Source: Bythopirellula sp. (GTDB taxonomy: Bacteria > Planctomycetota > Planctomycetia > Pirellulales > Lacipirellulaceae). From it: a stretch of DNA of 64,000 nt. Under the pieces are notes generated by a model, which was not told the origin of the DNA, searched no databases, and saw only the letters and a program-made list of their open reading frames with translations. Location: NCBI GenBank assembly GCA_965216565.1, contig OZ244170.1, positions 4,864,001 through 4,928,000 of the forward strand, written 5' to 3'. The translations under genes and the position numbers were made by a program. Positions 18,712 through 28,584 of the stretch are shown here, in pieces (positions within the stretch are counted from its first letter, which is position 1; every line of letters starts with the position of its first letter).

Positions 18712-20727
18712 CTACTCCTCCGCAGATTCGAGTTGGGGATTTAACTCCTGTTGAGATTCCTTCTTCCGACGGCGAGCTTCGCGTCGTGCCAGCAGGGCCG
18801 AGGACCGCTTCGGTCGAGTCTGCTCCTTGGCGGAAATGGAATCTGATTGCTCACCCGATGCCTGACCCGTCCCTTCCTGACTATTCTGCAGTGCCCTTTC
18901 TCCCTGGCTGCCTAACTCATGCGCTTCAGACTGTCCGGTAGATTGTGAAGCCGCTTGAGCCTCCTGTCGGACTGAATCAGAATCGACAGCAACCTCGCTT
19001 CGATAGAGTTTTGCTTGGGTGTGAATCGTACCAGTGACTGATTGATGCAGTTTTCTTGAGTCTGCCTGGAGCGAGCTGACTTGTTTACCTACGCTAGCCA
19101 AATCACTGATGCGCATTTCCAGCTTGCTTCGAATATCTTCGGCACGCATTGATTCTCGCTTCGCTTGTTCCTTGGATCGGTTCGCATGCTCTTCGACTGC
19201 CCGTTTCAGTTCCCTCTCGAATTTCTTGCTGATGTCCCGAAAATAGTCTCTCAAGTATGTCAACTTACCTTTCTCGACTTGTTCGATAACCTTTGTGCCG
19301 TCGCTGAATAGAGAATCTTTGATCTTTGACATCTCTTTCTCAGATTGCGACTCTTTCTCGCGTCGCCACACAAAGATTGCATTGACCATGCTACCAATGA
19401 GTACCGTTGCCATGAATAATCCGAACCCGGAACGCATCAGCCCACTGGCAAACAGATTGGGTAGACCCATACGTCCCATGAGCGAAACGAACATGATCAA
19501 TATGAAAACTTTCTGTCGCCCGGCAGTCAGTACGTCGAAAAACCCCTTGCGAGCCAATTCGATATGCGATTCCTTGCCGATGGCCATCAGGTTTTCGACT
19601 CTGCGCCAGATCTCCGTCTCTCGGAGAGAAACGTTTTCTAGATGGAATTCTGCGCTGTCGATGCCCGGTAGATTCTCGATAGAAGTCTCAGTTAATTCAG
19701 CTAGCTGATGTTGGATCGTCTTCACATCTTCCGATAACTCTTTCCGTAAGGCAAACTCGATGGCTCGGTTGACCGCGCCCAAATGGCTGCCGTTAATCGA
19801 CAGTTTCGTCAGTGATGGAGACTGATGTTTATCCAGATCTTCAAGCTGTAGTTTCGAAACTTGTTCCCGCATCAGATTGGTGAGATAACCAAGAGGTTGG
19901 GTTGCCCGTTCGCTTTTTAGGCTGATTGATTTCTCTAGCGAGGCCAAACCCTCGTTAAACTGATCGCGCACGTCGACAGCAGATTTGTCATTTTGCAGAC
20001 TTGGTCTAGGTGAATGAGCCGCTGCTTTGCGTGGTTGCCTGCTCTTCCTAGATTCCAGAGTGCCTAGTTCCCGCTGCTGACGTCCAACAAGGAAATCGAA
20101 AGCACCCTGCAATAGCCGAATCGAAGGCTCCATGAAAAGGACCTTTCGAAGGAGTCCCTCTGTTTTAGAAGACAGTAGTGCACTGTCGCCGGAAGCCTTC
20201 TCATCAAGAAACAGAGTTTCCATTCTGCCTTTGTGTGACTGAGCATGTGGCTGATCCCACCAAAGACTTTCGCTTGTGTGTGCTTGCGATCCTGCAACCC
20301 AGGGCCATATTGCAGGGAAGTGGGCGGCCAGCGTATCTAACGAATCTACCTCAGTCTCTCCTGAATGATGTCCCACCTCACCCGCAACGACTAATACATG
20401 GCCGGTTGTGCAAAACTCTTGGTTCAACTGCGAGTCGCTAGTGAGTTCTTCAAGATCCGCCAGTATGAATGTGGTGTGATTGTTCTCAACTTTTCTGAGC
20501 ATGTTTGCTGCGATCCAACGTTCCACAGACGCTCGAGCTTTGTCACTCAGGCAAAGTACCGAAACGACGAACGGTCCCTGACCATTGGAAAGAATCTTTT
20601 CAAAGGCACGTTTCGAGGGACTCTCGGCCTGGCCTCGCTCAAGTTTCTCGCTTACTTCTGCGCCCTGGGTGGCCAACAGAGTGAAATCTGCATTTAGCTT
20701 CTCAAGAATCTCAGAGTCTTGGTTCAT
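18712..20727 (-). CDS. Coiled-coil membrane protein with dynamin/mitofusin-like architecture and degenerate GTPase motifs
   Basis: Probable start is ATG 20727 (MNQDSEIL). An alpha/beta N-domain is followed by a long helical region, a hydrophobic hairpin (VFILIMFVSLMG...FGLFMATVLIGSMVNAIFVW), a helical C-arm and a disordered tail. It ends 5 nt before hsp70. Confidence 0.6.
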   Translation of the reverse strand: MNQDSEILEKLNADFTLLATQGAEVSEKLERGQAESPSKRAFEKILSNGQGPFVVSVLCLSDKARASVERWIAANMLRKVENNHTTFILADLEELTSDSQLNQEFCTTGHVLVVAGEVGHHSGETEVDSLDTLAAHFPAIWPWVAGSQAHTSESLWWDQPHAQSHKGRMETLFLDEKASGDSALLSSKTEGLLRKVLFMEPSIRLLQGAFDFLVGRQQRELGTLESRKSRQPRKAAAHSPRPSLQNDKSAVDVRDQFNEGLASLEKSISLKSERATQPLGYLTNLMREQVSKLQLEDLDKHQSPSLTKLSINGSHLGAVNRAIEFALRKELSEDVKTIQHQLAELTETSIENLPGIDSAEFHLENVSLRETEIWRRVENLMAIGKESHIELARKGFFDVLTAGRQKVFILIMFVSLMGRMGLPNLFASGLMRSGFGLFMATVLIGSMVNAIFVWRREKESQSEKEMSKIKDSLFSDGTKVIEQVEKGKLTYLRDYFRDISKKFERELKRAVEEHANRSKEQAKRESMRAEDIRSKLEMRISDLASVGKQVSSLQADSRKLHQSVTGTIHTQAKLYRSEVAVDSDSVRQEAQAASQSTGQSEAHELGSQGERALQNSQEGTGQASGEQSDSISAKEQTRPKRSSALLARREARRRKKESQQELNPQLESAEE

Positions 20728-20832
20728 TTGTCTATCTGCCTGGTGTTTTCCGCTATTTCTGTAAGTACTGGCCTTCACGCTATTTAGAGCTGCAATGCGG
20801 CTATTTGCTGCTTCACAATTCCCCGCTGTAAT

Positions 20833-20862
20833 GGAATTGCCATCGCGGGTTGATTCCGGACA
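20833..20862 (-). promoter_or_regulatory. Putative ECF promoter (copy 1) for the dynamin-like/hsp70 operon
   Basis: Minus strand reads TGTCCG-N14-TGGCAATTCC. Confidence 0.75.
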
Positions 20863-20974
20863 CCTCATGACGAAAATTCCCTGCTCGCAAGCAGTTAGCA
20901 TTCGGGGTACCATCAACAAAGGGCATGAACTGACCGCAGTTTCAATCTCTGAATCTCTCTCGGACGGTCTTGCA

Positions 20975-21613
20975 GTGAGCGACACTGAACAATTTGAGCC
21001 TGATGCCGAATGGAACAGCTTTGTAAAAGGCTTGGTCTCAGGAGATCAAATCGCCTACAACGAATTCTGGGACAAGTATGGCAACCGTCTTAGTGCTGTG
21101 GCGAGGAACAACTTTCCTCGTGGCCTAAACAGACGCCTGGCCCCCGAAGACATCGTTCAATCTACCTGTCGGAGCTTTTTCCATCGGGTCACGACGGGGC
21201 GATTAGAGCTTTCCGATAGCGAAGCACTGTGGCGATTGCTGTGTGCCATCACTCTTAACAAAACTCGAATGAAGCATAGGTTTCATCTGGCCCAAAGGCG
21301 AGCTGCAAACCGCGAACAATCTGCTGAAGTGGAGAGTCCCGACGGTTCCACGTTCCGTGATGAAGTGGTCGACAAAGAGCAAATGCCAGACGAAGCACTC
21401 ATGTTCGCAGAACAATTAGAGGGCATTATGGAACTGCTGGACGACACCGAGCGCCGAATCTTGCAGTTGAAGCTCGAAGACCACACGAATGACGAGATTG
21501 CTGAGCTAGTTGAGCGTTCCGAGCGAACCGTGCGCCGGGTATTGAAACGGCTCCAAGAGAAACTTGAAGCTACGCTGCCAGAAGGCACAATCACATCCGA
21601 TGCAAGCGAATAA
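20975..21613 (+). CDS. ECF-type RNA polymerase sigma factor (planctomycete kinase-associated type)
   Basis: Region 2 GDQIAYNEFW..APEDIVQS..LWRLLCAIT; region 4 LKLEDHTNDEIAELVERSERTVRR. The probable start is GTG 20975. Confidence 0.92.
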   Translation: MSDTEQFEPDAEWNSFVKGLVSGDQIAYNEFWDKYGNRLSAVARNNFPRGLNRRLAPEDIVQSTCRSFFHRVTTGRLELSDSEALWRLLCAITLNKTRMKHRFHLAQRRAANREQSAEVESPDGSTFRDEVVDKEQMPDEALMFAEQLEGIMELLDDTERRILQLKLEDHTNDEIAELVERSERTVRRVLKRLQEKLEATLPEGTITSDASE

Positions 21614-21647
21614 GCCAGCAGCGCCGATCCCCAACGACGCCGCTGGC
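21614..21647 (-). terminator. Terminator hairpin between the convergent ECF gene and the helical-protein operon
   Basis: Minus strand GCCAGCGGCGTCG-loop-CGGCGCTGCTGGC (13 bp including 2 G-U), followed by TTATT. Confidence 0.6.
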
Positions 21648-21658
21648 CTTGCGAGTGA

Positions 21659-22558
21659 CTATCGCGAAGCTGCCTTGCGTAGCACCTCGGCCACGTCGAC
21701 TGCTTTTTTGTCGAACTTCTCGTAGACCTTTTCGCTATTTCGCATCTCATCATTCAAGTCGGTGAGTGCCTTTGTATATTTGGCACTAAGGTCGGCGACG
21801 GCGGATTCGCCATAAGTTTCGGCCATCGTATCGATGTGTTCTTGCAGCTTTTCCCATCCGTCGTCCTGATATTCGGCAACATTTTCTGGGGTCTGGCGTA
21901 CCATCGACTGCATCAGGTCGTTGTATTCGTGAACAGCTACCTTCCATACATCGAAGTTGTCCATCAACTTCTCTGAGACGTCGGTCATACTCTGCTTTAG
22001 CTGAGCGGATCCGCGTTGTTCGACAAACTGGCCGAAAGTGTCAATCTCTTTCTCTAAAGTTTCCTCGATCTCCTTCAATCCCTTGGCACTATCCTCAATG
22101 CGTTGCTCTGTTTTGGTAAAAACACCGGCTAGTGCCTCGTTCGATTCGTCAAGTGCATCTCGTGTTCCATCGATATCGAACACGAGCTGATCAATGACCG
22201 TCCTGGTCTCGTCTACCTTCTCTTCGATTTGTGAATCGTAAGATTTGATCTTCGTCTCGCGAAGTTCCATCGTAGATTGTGCAGAGTCACGTAGCTCAGC
22301 AACTCGAGTCGTGAGCTCGCCGAGCTTCTCCTTCAGTTCGGCGACCCTTGCCCGGCTTCCCGAAGTGGCGGCAGTTACCTTTTCATTCAGCGTGGACAGT
22401 CCTGAGGTCAACGAGGCGGTCAGTTCGCGGTACTCGTTGGCCATGATGTCTAGTTCGGGAGTCTTGTCCACGTAGTCAGTTCCTACGGTTCCGTTCAATG
22501 CTCGGATTTCTTCCAACGTGGTAACAGCTGCGTTAGCAGTGGTTTCGAAGTCGGCCAT
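21659..22558 (-). CDS. Acidic helical/coiled-coil protein D' (paralogue of 25636-26535)
   Basis: 299 aa; starts MADFETTA; SD AAGGA; no signal peptide. Confidence 0.9.
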   Translation of the reverse strand: MADFETTANAAVTTLEEIRALNGTVGTDYVDKTPELDIMANEYRELTASLTSGLSTLNEKVTAATSGSRARVAELKEKLGELTTRVAELRDSAQSTMELRETKIKSYDSQIEEKVDETRTVIDQLVFDIDGTRDALDESNEALAGVFTKTEQRIEDSAKGLKEIEETLEKEIDTFGQFVEQRGSAQLKQSMTDVSEKLMDNFDVWKVAVHEYNDLMQSMVRQTPENVAEYQDDGWEKLQEHIDTMAETYGESAVADLSAKYTKALTDLNDEMRNSEKVYEKFDKKAVDVAEVLRKAASR

Positions 22559-22625
22559 GGTTTGGTTTCCTTAAACTAAAAACTGGGGGGATACTATTAA
22601 GGCACGGGTGACTGATGATGAACAA

Positions 22626-23555
22626 CTAGAAAGAACCGCCAAAATCGCGTGCGAGATCTTGCATTGTTCTGGCTCTTTCCTCGATTTCTGCAACAAGCTC
22701 TTTGAGTTCTTCCAGACGGGGCTGAGCCCACTGCCTGACTTCGCTCGTTTCGTCGCAGAGAGTGTCAACTGTTGATTTGAGCGTATCGAATCGCTCGTGA
22801 GTTGTGCTAAGCACCTCCTTCAACTTGGTCGTCAGCTCTTCTTCGAGCTTGGCACGATTTTGCTCGGCGTACTCGATCATTTTGCCGGCTGATTCTTCAT
22901 AGGCGGCAGCCACGTCCTCCACGGCACTCTCGTTTGGAGCCTTCAGGAGTAGACCATGATTCACGATATCGATGTCGAGAGTCGGTTTCAGGTCCATGGC
23001 GGCATAGCCAAACTCAGACGCCTTTTCGGCTATTTGCTGTTCGAATGCCTCCAGCTTCTGATCGACTTCGCCGTACTCGGCGTACATCCCTTCAAATTCC
23101 TGTTCAAGCGACGGCAGTCGCGACGAAATCTGAGCGTCGGTCTCTTCGTGGACTCTGGCCAGGCTTTGGAGCGACGTCGTCACTCTTTCTGCTTCACCAC
23201 TGATTACGGTCGAAAACTCTTCTACTTCTCGAGTCAGGTTCCCAAGCTCTAGCTGGATGCGTCCTGAACCTTCCGTGACATCCTCAGCCACATCACCCAG
23301 CATTTCGACTACTTCTTCCAACTGCTCTTCGAGGTGGTCGTAGTCGCTATCGACTTCTTTGATAAACTCTTCAATCAAGAATTCGACGTTTTCGAACATG
23401 CCTTCAAAATCCATGGGAAGGCCCGTCTTGGACACATCGAAGGCTGCCTCGAGTACTTTCTGTGCCGAGGCCAATTTCTCGACCATAGTGTTTGCTTCTT
23501 CGGGAACCCAATAAGCGGTTGAGCCCAATGCCTTTAGTTTGTCGTCGTTACTCAT
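22626..23555 (-). CDS. Acidic helical protein C' (paralogue of 26575-27513)
   Basis: 309 aa; starts MSNDDKLKALG..VPE. Confidence 0.9.
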   Translation of the reverse strand: MSNDDKLKALGSTAYWVPEEANTMVEKLASAQKVLEAAFDVSKTGLPMDFEGMFENVEFLIEEFIKEVDSDYDHLEEQLEEVVEMLGDVAEDVTEGSGRIQLELGNLTREVEEFSTVISGEAERVTTSLQSLARVHEETDAQISSRLPSLEQEFEGMYAEYGEVDQKLEAFEQQIAEKASEFGYAAMDLKPTLDIDIVNHGLLLKAPNESAVEDVAAAYEESAGKMIEYAEQNRAKLEEELTTKLKEVLSTTHERFDTLKSTVDTLCDETSEVRQWAQPRLEELKELVAEIEERARTMQDLARDFGGSF

Positions 23556-23616
23556 CGTATTTGCCTTTCTCTAGGGCGGTAGTTGGTCTAGTTCTGTTCA
23601 AGGGAAACTGAGCGAT

Positions 23617-24585
23617 TTAGAGAGCTGTGTTCATCGTGTCGGCTGTCTGATTTGCCGCTTGAACCTTGTCGGGAAGCCCCGCGATTTCTTCGGCAAAAGT
23701 AGTGGCCGTTTGCGAGACGGCCCGTGTTTCCAATGCTTCGTTAGTGGCACGCTCGGAAACGTAGCTGCCGAACCCTCGCACTGCTTCGGTGGCTTCGTTG
23801 CCAGCTGTTTCCACCTCGCTTGCCAATTGTTCGTATTCCGGTGTGATTTTTTGCAAGTATTCTTGCAGCATGGCATCTGCGTCTTTCTCGGTGTCATTCA
23901 CTAATGCGATGAACTCGTCGCGGGCTTCGTCCACCGCCTTCGAGGCTCCCTCTTTGAAGGATGTCCCCATGGCTTGCCACAATTCGAGGCCATCGACAAA
24001 TTCGGAATCGATGATGGGAATATCCGATTCAATGAGTTTGGCGATCTTGGTCTTGAGAGGCGGATGTAGTTCGTTATGCTGATCGATTCGCGTGTTCATC
24101 TGTTGGATTAGTTGATCCCGAGTGCCAGTGAAGCCTTCCTTGCTCTTCTGCAAGGTGTCGAGCAATGAGCGAGCCGATTCCTTGATCGTGCCGAATTTCT
24201 GATCGGAAGTTTCGATGACTCCCGAGAGTGACGCAGTGCCTTGCTGAACGTCGTTTTCAACCGATTCCCGTGCAGCCTCAAGTTTTGTAGTCACGGTGTC
24301 AGCCTGGCCTGTGAAGTCGTCCAGCCGTTTGTCGGCTTGGCTCCACGCCTCCTCGACTTGCTGTTCGAGCTTGCCATAGCTGGTCTCAAACTTTTGCACC
24401 AGGTCGCGTTCGCGTTGCACCCAGTCGGCAATGGTTTCCAAGCTGCCTTTCCAGCCGATTGCTTCCGAATTGAGACGCTCCACGAGGTCACTCGACTGCT
24501 GGGTACCCTGATAGATGTGGGGCAGGTTTTCGTTAAGCTTCTGTTGGACTTCTTCTACGGTGGAACCAAAGTCAGCGATAGACAT
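23617..24585 (-). CDS. Acidic helical protein B' (paralogue of 27564-28535)
   Basis: 322 aa; starts MSIADFGSTVEEVQQKLNE; SD GGAG. Confidence 0.9.
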   Translation of the reverse strand: MSIADFGSTVEEVQQKLNENLPHIYQGTQQSSDLVERLNSEAIGWKGSLETIADWVQRERDLVQKFETSYGKLEQQVEEAWSQADKRLDDFTGQADTVTTKLEAARESVENDVQQGTASLSGVIETSDQKFGTIKESARSLLDTLQKSKEGFTGTRDQLIQQMNTRIDQHNELHPPLKTKIAKLIESDIPIIDSEFVDGLELWQAMGTSFKEGASKAVDEARDEFIALVNDTEKDADAMLQEYLQKITPEYEQLASEVETAGNEATEAVRGFGSYVSERATNEALETRAVSQTATTFAEEIAGLPDKVQAANQTADTMNTAL

Positions 24586-24634
24586 AATGTTTCTCCAAAT
24601 ATCATCTAGAGTTTATGGTTGAGGCTAGGGACTT

Positions 24635-25528
24635 TTACAATTGCTCGTCGACGTCTTGAACGGCGGCGTCCGTTTTTTGGATATCTCCCAGCGTATTCTG
24701 GGCGTAGTCAACTGCATTTTCGACTTGCTGCTGCATTTCTTCGAATGCTTCCTTATAAGCGGTGTCGATGGCGACGAGTCTCGTCACTGCTGCTTCCGCA
24801 CCGCCGTCGACTGTTCGGATGATTTGAGAAGCATGTTGGCCGGTGACGGTTTGATAGGTCAGGCGGGCTTCGCTTTCTAGCTTCTCAATACCCGCATCGA
24901 TTTCGCTGCGGGTTTCGGTCATGATTCCTTCCACTTCTGCTTTCATCGCATCCAGCTTGCTGCCTTGTTCCTCTTCAATCTTGTCTAGCGCGGTGACGAT
25001 TTCTTGTCGCATGGCCTCAAGTTCCTGGAATGCACTTCCCACGGGCTGGAGGTAGCCATCGGAACTCTTTACCGCGGCGTCTTTCTTCTCGTCGATTTGC
25101 GTTGAGAACTGCTCAGCCAGTTGCTTGATTTGATTCAGTTCGCTGTTGAGCAGTTCGTTGTTCGACTCCACCGAGCGAAAGACGTTGTCGCTTTGGGTAT
25201 CTAGTTCGTCGAACACTTTCTCCGCGACTTGTTCAGTTTCGCCTACTTTATCCGTTAGGGTTGTTATGTTCTGTGTGAGGGACGAGAGCTTCTGCTCTGC
25301 TTCGCCCGCAGCCTTATCGAATAATGCATCAAAGCGAGGAAGCAGATCGTTCAAGCTATTCATATGTTCCAAGGCCGATTCCACGGAAGGGATCGTTGTT
25401 TCGGTGATCTCTTCATCCAACGGCACTAGATAATTGGTGATTGCTGTATGCAGCTTTTCACTCGTTTGTTGTAGTTCTTGGGCAGTGCCTAGGTTTTCTT
25501 CGAGTAGATCTTCAATGGTCGATGCCAT
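24635..25528 (-). CDS. Acidic helical protein A' (paralogue of 28585-29475)
   Basis: 297 aa; starts MASTIEDLLEENLGTAQEL; SD GAGGT. Confidence 0.9.
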   Translation of the reverse strand: MASTIEDLLEENLGTAQELQQTSEKLHTAITNYLVPLDEEITETTIPSVESALEHMNSLNDLLPRFDALFDKAAGEAEQKLSSLTQNITTLTDKVGETEQVAEKVFDELDTQSDNVFRSVESNNELLNSELNQIKQLAEQFSTQIDEKKDAAVKSSDGYLQPVGSAFQELEAMRQEIVTALDKIEEEQGSKLDAMKAEVEGIMTETRSEIDAGIEKLESEARLTYQTVTGQHASQIIRTVDGGAEAAVTRLVAIDTAYKEAFEEMQQQVENAVDYAQNTLGDIQKTDAAVQDVDEQL

Positions 25529-25582
25529 GGTTCACCTCGGATTGTTTGATTTTGTTCTTAGGGCCTGGTTGCCCGCTGAATG

Positions 25583-25612
25583 GGAATTGTCATTGCCCGC
25601 CTGTAGCGGACA
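25583..25612 (-). promoter_or_regulatory. Putative ECF promoter (copy 2) ahead of the second cassette
   Basis: Minus strand reads TGTCCG-N14-TGACAATTCC. Confidence 0.75.
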
Positions 25613-25635
25613 CTTTTGGGCGAAAATTCTCGAAA

Positions 25636-26535
25636 TCAGGAGATTTTCTCGAGGATTTCCTTGATGTCGTGCAAAATGCCGATCACGGATTTCAGCCCCA
25701 CGGCGGTGGTATCCATCGCGGTGGTCATGGCTTCTTTGGCCGTGTCCATTGTCTCGCCGGCAGCCGTAGCATTCTCTGCCATGGCGGTGACATCGCCCGA
25801 AAACGATGAAACTCTCTCGGTGACGTTGCTAAGTACCTTCTCCTGCTCCGTTGCAGCCTGTTGCATCGTTTCTTCGGTAGATCGACTCAGCTCTGTGTGA
25901 ACCTCGGTTAGTTTGGTGTCGAATTCCGTTTGCAGGGCATCTAGATGCTGCCGGACTTCGATTCCTTTTTCTTCAAGCTGCGGAATGATGGAGTCGCTAA
26001 CATGGGCGATAAACTCGTCATTCTTCGTGCGAATTGCCGTGGCTTGCTCAGTGACGCCCGTGTTGGTCTCGTCTAGCTTGCTTTGCACGGTGGCAAACGT
26101 GGTTTCGGTTTGCGCGTTCGTTTGCTCGAGAGCCCCTTTGGCCTGCTCACAGCCTGACGTCAGTTCAACAACTTTTGCTTCTACTTGCTGCTGAGCGGTC
26201 TGGACCTGCTGATCCAACTGATTAACCATCTGCGTGACCTCTGCCGATTTATTGATCGAGTCCTCCCGTGAGGAGTTAGCCTGCTCTTTGGTGGCCACCA
26301 GGTGCTGCCGAAGCTGTTGGGCCTTAGCACTTTGCTGCTGGCGTGCGGCTTGGATTTGCTGGGAAATGGCTTCTACGACAGCCAGCATCTCCCCAGAAAG
26401 AGCAGCGTAGTCTTGTCCCGATTGCTCGAGCTTTTCCTGTGCTGCAGAGTACTTCGGTTGCGCGGCATCGATCATCTGATCGACTTCTTGAAGTTTAGAA
26501 ACGGCATCGACAGCGGTGGATTCGAAATCGGCCAT
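25636..26535 (-). CDS. Acidic helical protein D
   Basis: 299 aa; starts MADFESTA; SD AAGGA. Confidence 0.9.
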   Translation of the reverse strand: MADFESTAVDAVSKLQEVDQMIDAAQPKYSAAQEKLEQSGQDYAALSGEMLAVVEAISQQIQAARQQQSAKAQQLRQHLVATKEQANSSREDSINKSAEVTQMVNQLDQQVQTAQQQVEAKVVELTSGCEQAKGALEQTNAQTETTFATVQSKLDETNTGVTEQATAIRTKNDEFIAHVSDSIIPQLEEKGIEVRQHLDALQTEFDTKLTEVHTELSRSTEETMQQAATEQEKVLSNVTERVSSFSGDVTAMAENATAAGETMDTAKEAMTTAMDTTAVGLKSVIGILHDIKEILEKIS

Positions 26536-26574
26536 GATATTTGTCCTTATGGTCTAGGAGTTTGAGTGATTGAG

Positions 26575-27513
26575 CTAGAAGATGCTTGCCACCGTGCCGA
26601 ACACGCTGCCTACGGCTTTCGCGGCGTCGACCAGGCTTTCCAGTGGCTTGATTAAGTTGTCGAGTTCGTCAATGAGGGGGGAGATTGCTTCGCGAATTGC
26701 TTTGGTTTCGCCGTCGGCATTGGTCAGTTTGTCAGTAAGTTCCTTCAGCATGTCAGAGATCTTGGAGAGCAATTCGCGGATCATCTCCTTGGCTTCGCTC
26801 TCCAAAGCATTCACAGCCGCTTCGACCATGCCATCGACACCGCGGGTGAGCACATTCAGATGAATGTCAGTGACGGCATCTTCGAATCGTTCCACAAAGG
26901 AACCGACTTCTTTGGCTAGATCTAGGATGCGGTCACCTAATTCTTCCTGCTGGGCAGTGACTTTCTCGCCTAATGCAACAACCGTTTGTTCGCTTGCCGT
27001 TTTTACTTCGGCCAATGCTGTCTCGAATGAGCCCATCGACCCGTCGAGCGTTTCAAACCCAGTCGACGCTTGCTCTTTGCTAGAGTTGAGCCTCTGTTCG
27101 AGTTGCTGCTCTGCGTTCTGAACTTCGCCGACCATGGCAACGACACGCTCACCCGCCTCAGTAGCTGCGTTATCGAGCTGATCGATCTGGCCGCGGGTTT
27201 GTTCGATGTTAGTAACCATCTCATCGGTGTCGTCAGCCCACTGCGTAGCGGCAGCGCTAAGAGATTCTTCGACGCTCTCTGCATCAAGGGCAAGTTCCGA
27301 CTGCAATTGGCGACTTTCACCCAAATACTCGCGAAGTTCTTGGGCCACCTCCTCCACTCTACTCCGGAGTTGTGAATGGATGCTCTCGAACTCATTCTTT
27401 TGCTGTACTGCCAGCGTGTTGAATTCGGCGACTTGCTGATACATCGTTCCGATGCGTTCGGGGACGTCGACGGCGATTTGGCCCAGTATTTTTAGTTTGT
27501 CGTTGTTATCCAT
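26575..27513 (-). CDS. Acidic helical protein C
   Basis: Start moved to ATG 27513 (MDNNDKLKILG..VPE) by alignment with C', giving 312 aa; hydrophobic C-terminus. Confidence 0.9.
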   Translation of the reverse strand: MDNNDKLKILGQIAVDVPERIGTMYQQVAEFNTLAVQQKNEFESIHSQLRSRVEEVAQELREYLGESRQLQSELALDAESVEESLSAAATQWADDTDEMVTNIEQTRGQIDQLDNAATEAGERVVAMVGEVQNAEQQLEQRLNSSKEQASTGFETLDGSMGSFETALAEVKTASEQTVVALGEKVTAQQEELGDRILDLAKEVGSFVERFEDAVTDIHLNVLTRGVDGMVEAAVNALESEAKEMIRELLSKISDMLKELTDKLTNADGETKAIREAISPLIDELDNLIKPLESLVDAAKAVGSVFGTVASIF

Positions 27514-27563
27514 GATTTGGTACTTTCGTAGGTAGGTCACGCTCTGTGGGTGGGGGAATTTGG

Positions 27564-28535
27564 TTACAGGACGGCGTTAATGGCTCCAGTGATTTTCTTG
27601 GCAATAATCAACTCTGGGATCAACGGCGAGAGCATTCCGGTCGTGGCAACGCCCGCTTGGGTAGTAACGACGCTGGCAATCATCTCAGCGGCCAATGCTT
27701 CGACTACTTCCTTGCCAAGAGTTTCCAGTGCGTCTTCGACTAGATTTCCGAATTCGTTCTCGGTGTAATCCTGCAAATCGACAAAAATCTCTTTGCTCTT
27801 ACTCTTGAATTCCTCGATAAGATTGTCGGCGTCGGTATCGAACGCAGCAAAAAACTCATTGAGACTCGATTCGTGGTCCGTCGCCAGGGTGACAACGTTG
27901 GTCACGGCTTCCACGGTGCTATCGTTGAGACCATCAAATTGCTTGGCAACTTCGTCCTTATGTGACTGCGCGACAGTTGCGGTAAGCGTATCCAACGAAC
28001 CTTTGGAAGTTGCGCTGTCGGCTTCCCATTGTGTTGTGAAGTTCGAAACTTCTTCGCTCAATTCGCCGAACCCAGACTCAGTGTTCTCTCGTAAGGAAAC
28101 GACCATGGTTATCATCTCGGCCGCTCTCTGCTCCATCCTTTCGAGCTGAGTCGTTGTGTTACTGGAGGAATTGTCTAGTTCACTTGTGGCCTCATTGATA
28201 CGCAGTTCTGCCTGCTCTCCGGTCTGCACGATTCTTTCCAGGGCTTCTTCCGTTTTGTGCTGTACATCGGCTAGCTCCACGCCCAACTCATTCACCCCGG
28301 TCTCCAATTCGGACTGAGCCGCGTCGACTTCGCCGTCCATTGCATCAGCAGTTTCCTGCATCGCGTCAATCGATTGATCGAGTTCCGCGAAAGCACTCTG
28401 GTATTGAGTCAGTTCACCCTCCATCTGCTGATGGAGCTCCTTGGCACGCGCTGCGCCCGTGTCCATTAAGGGGAGAATCTCGTTGAGTTTCCGTTGAACT
28501 TCTTCTACGGTCGATCCGAATGCGGTAACAGACAT
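27564..28535 (-). CDS. Acidic helical protein B
   Basis: 323 aa; starts MSVTAFGSTVEEVQRKLNE; hydrophobic C-terminal ~40 aa. Confidence 0.9.
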   Translation of the reverse strand: MSVTAFGSTVEEVQRKLNEILPLMDTGAARAKELHQQMEGELTQYQSAFAELDQSIDAMQETADAMDGEVDAAQSELETGVNELGVELADVQHKTEEALERIVQTGEQAELRINEATSELDNSSSNTTTQLERMEQRAAEMITMVVSLRENTESGFGELSEEVSNFTTQWEADSATSKGSLDTLTATVAQSHKDEVAKQFDGLNDSTVEAVTNVVTLATDHESSLNEFFAAFDTDADNLIEEFKSKSKEIFVDLQDYTENEFGNLVEDALETLGKEVVEALAAEMIASVVTTQAGVATTGMLSPLIPELIIAKKITGAINAVL

Positions 28536-28584
28536 AATTAGATTCCGATAGCAAGTATTTCTAGTAGTTAAGGAAGGGGTAGAG

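Noticed and set aside
20728..20985. Overlapping N-terminal extensions of the dynamin-like and ECF ORFs in the ORF track
   Set aside because: Moving the starts to 20727 and 20975 removes the overlap and leaves an intergenic region containing the shared promoter motif.
24440..24460. WKG at residues 45-47 of B', suggesting a WXG100/type VII substrate
   Set aside because: The paralogue B has YQS at this position, the other six proteins lack the motif, and no FtsK/EssC ATPase gene is in the window. Not enough to call WXG100.
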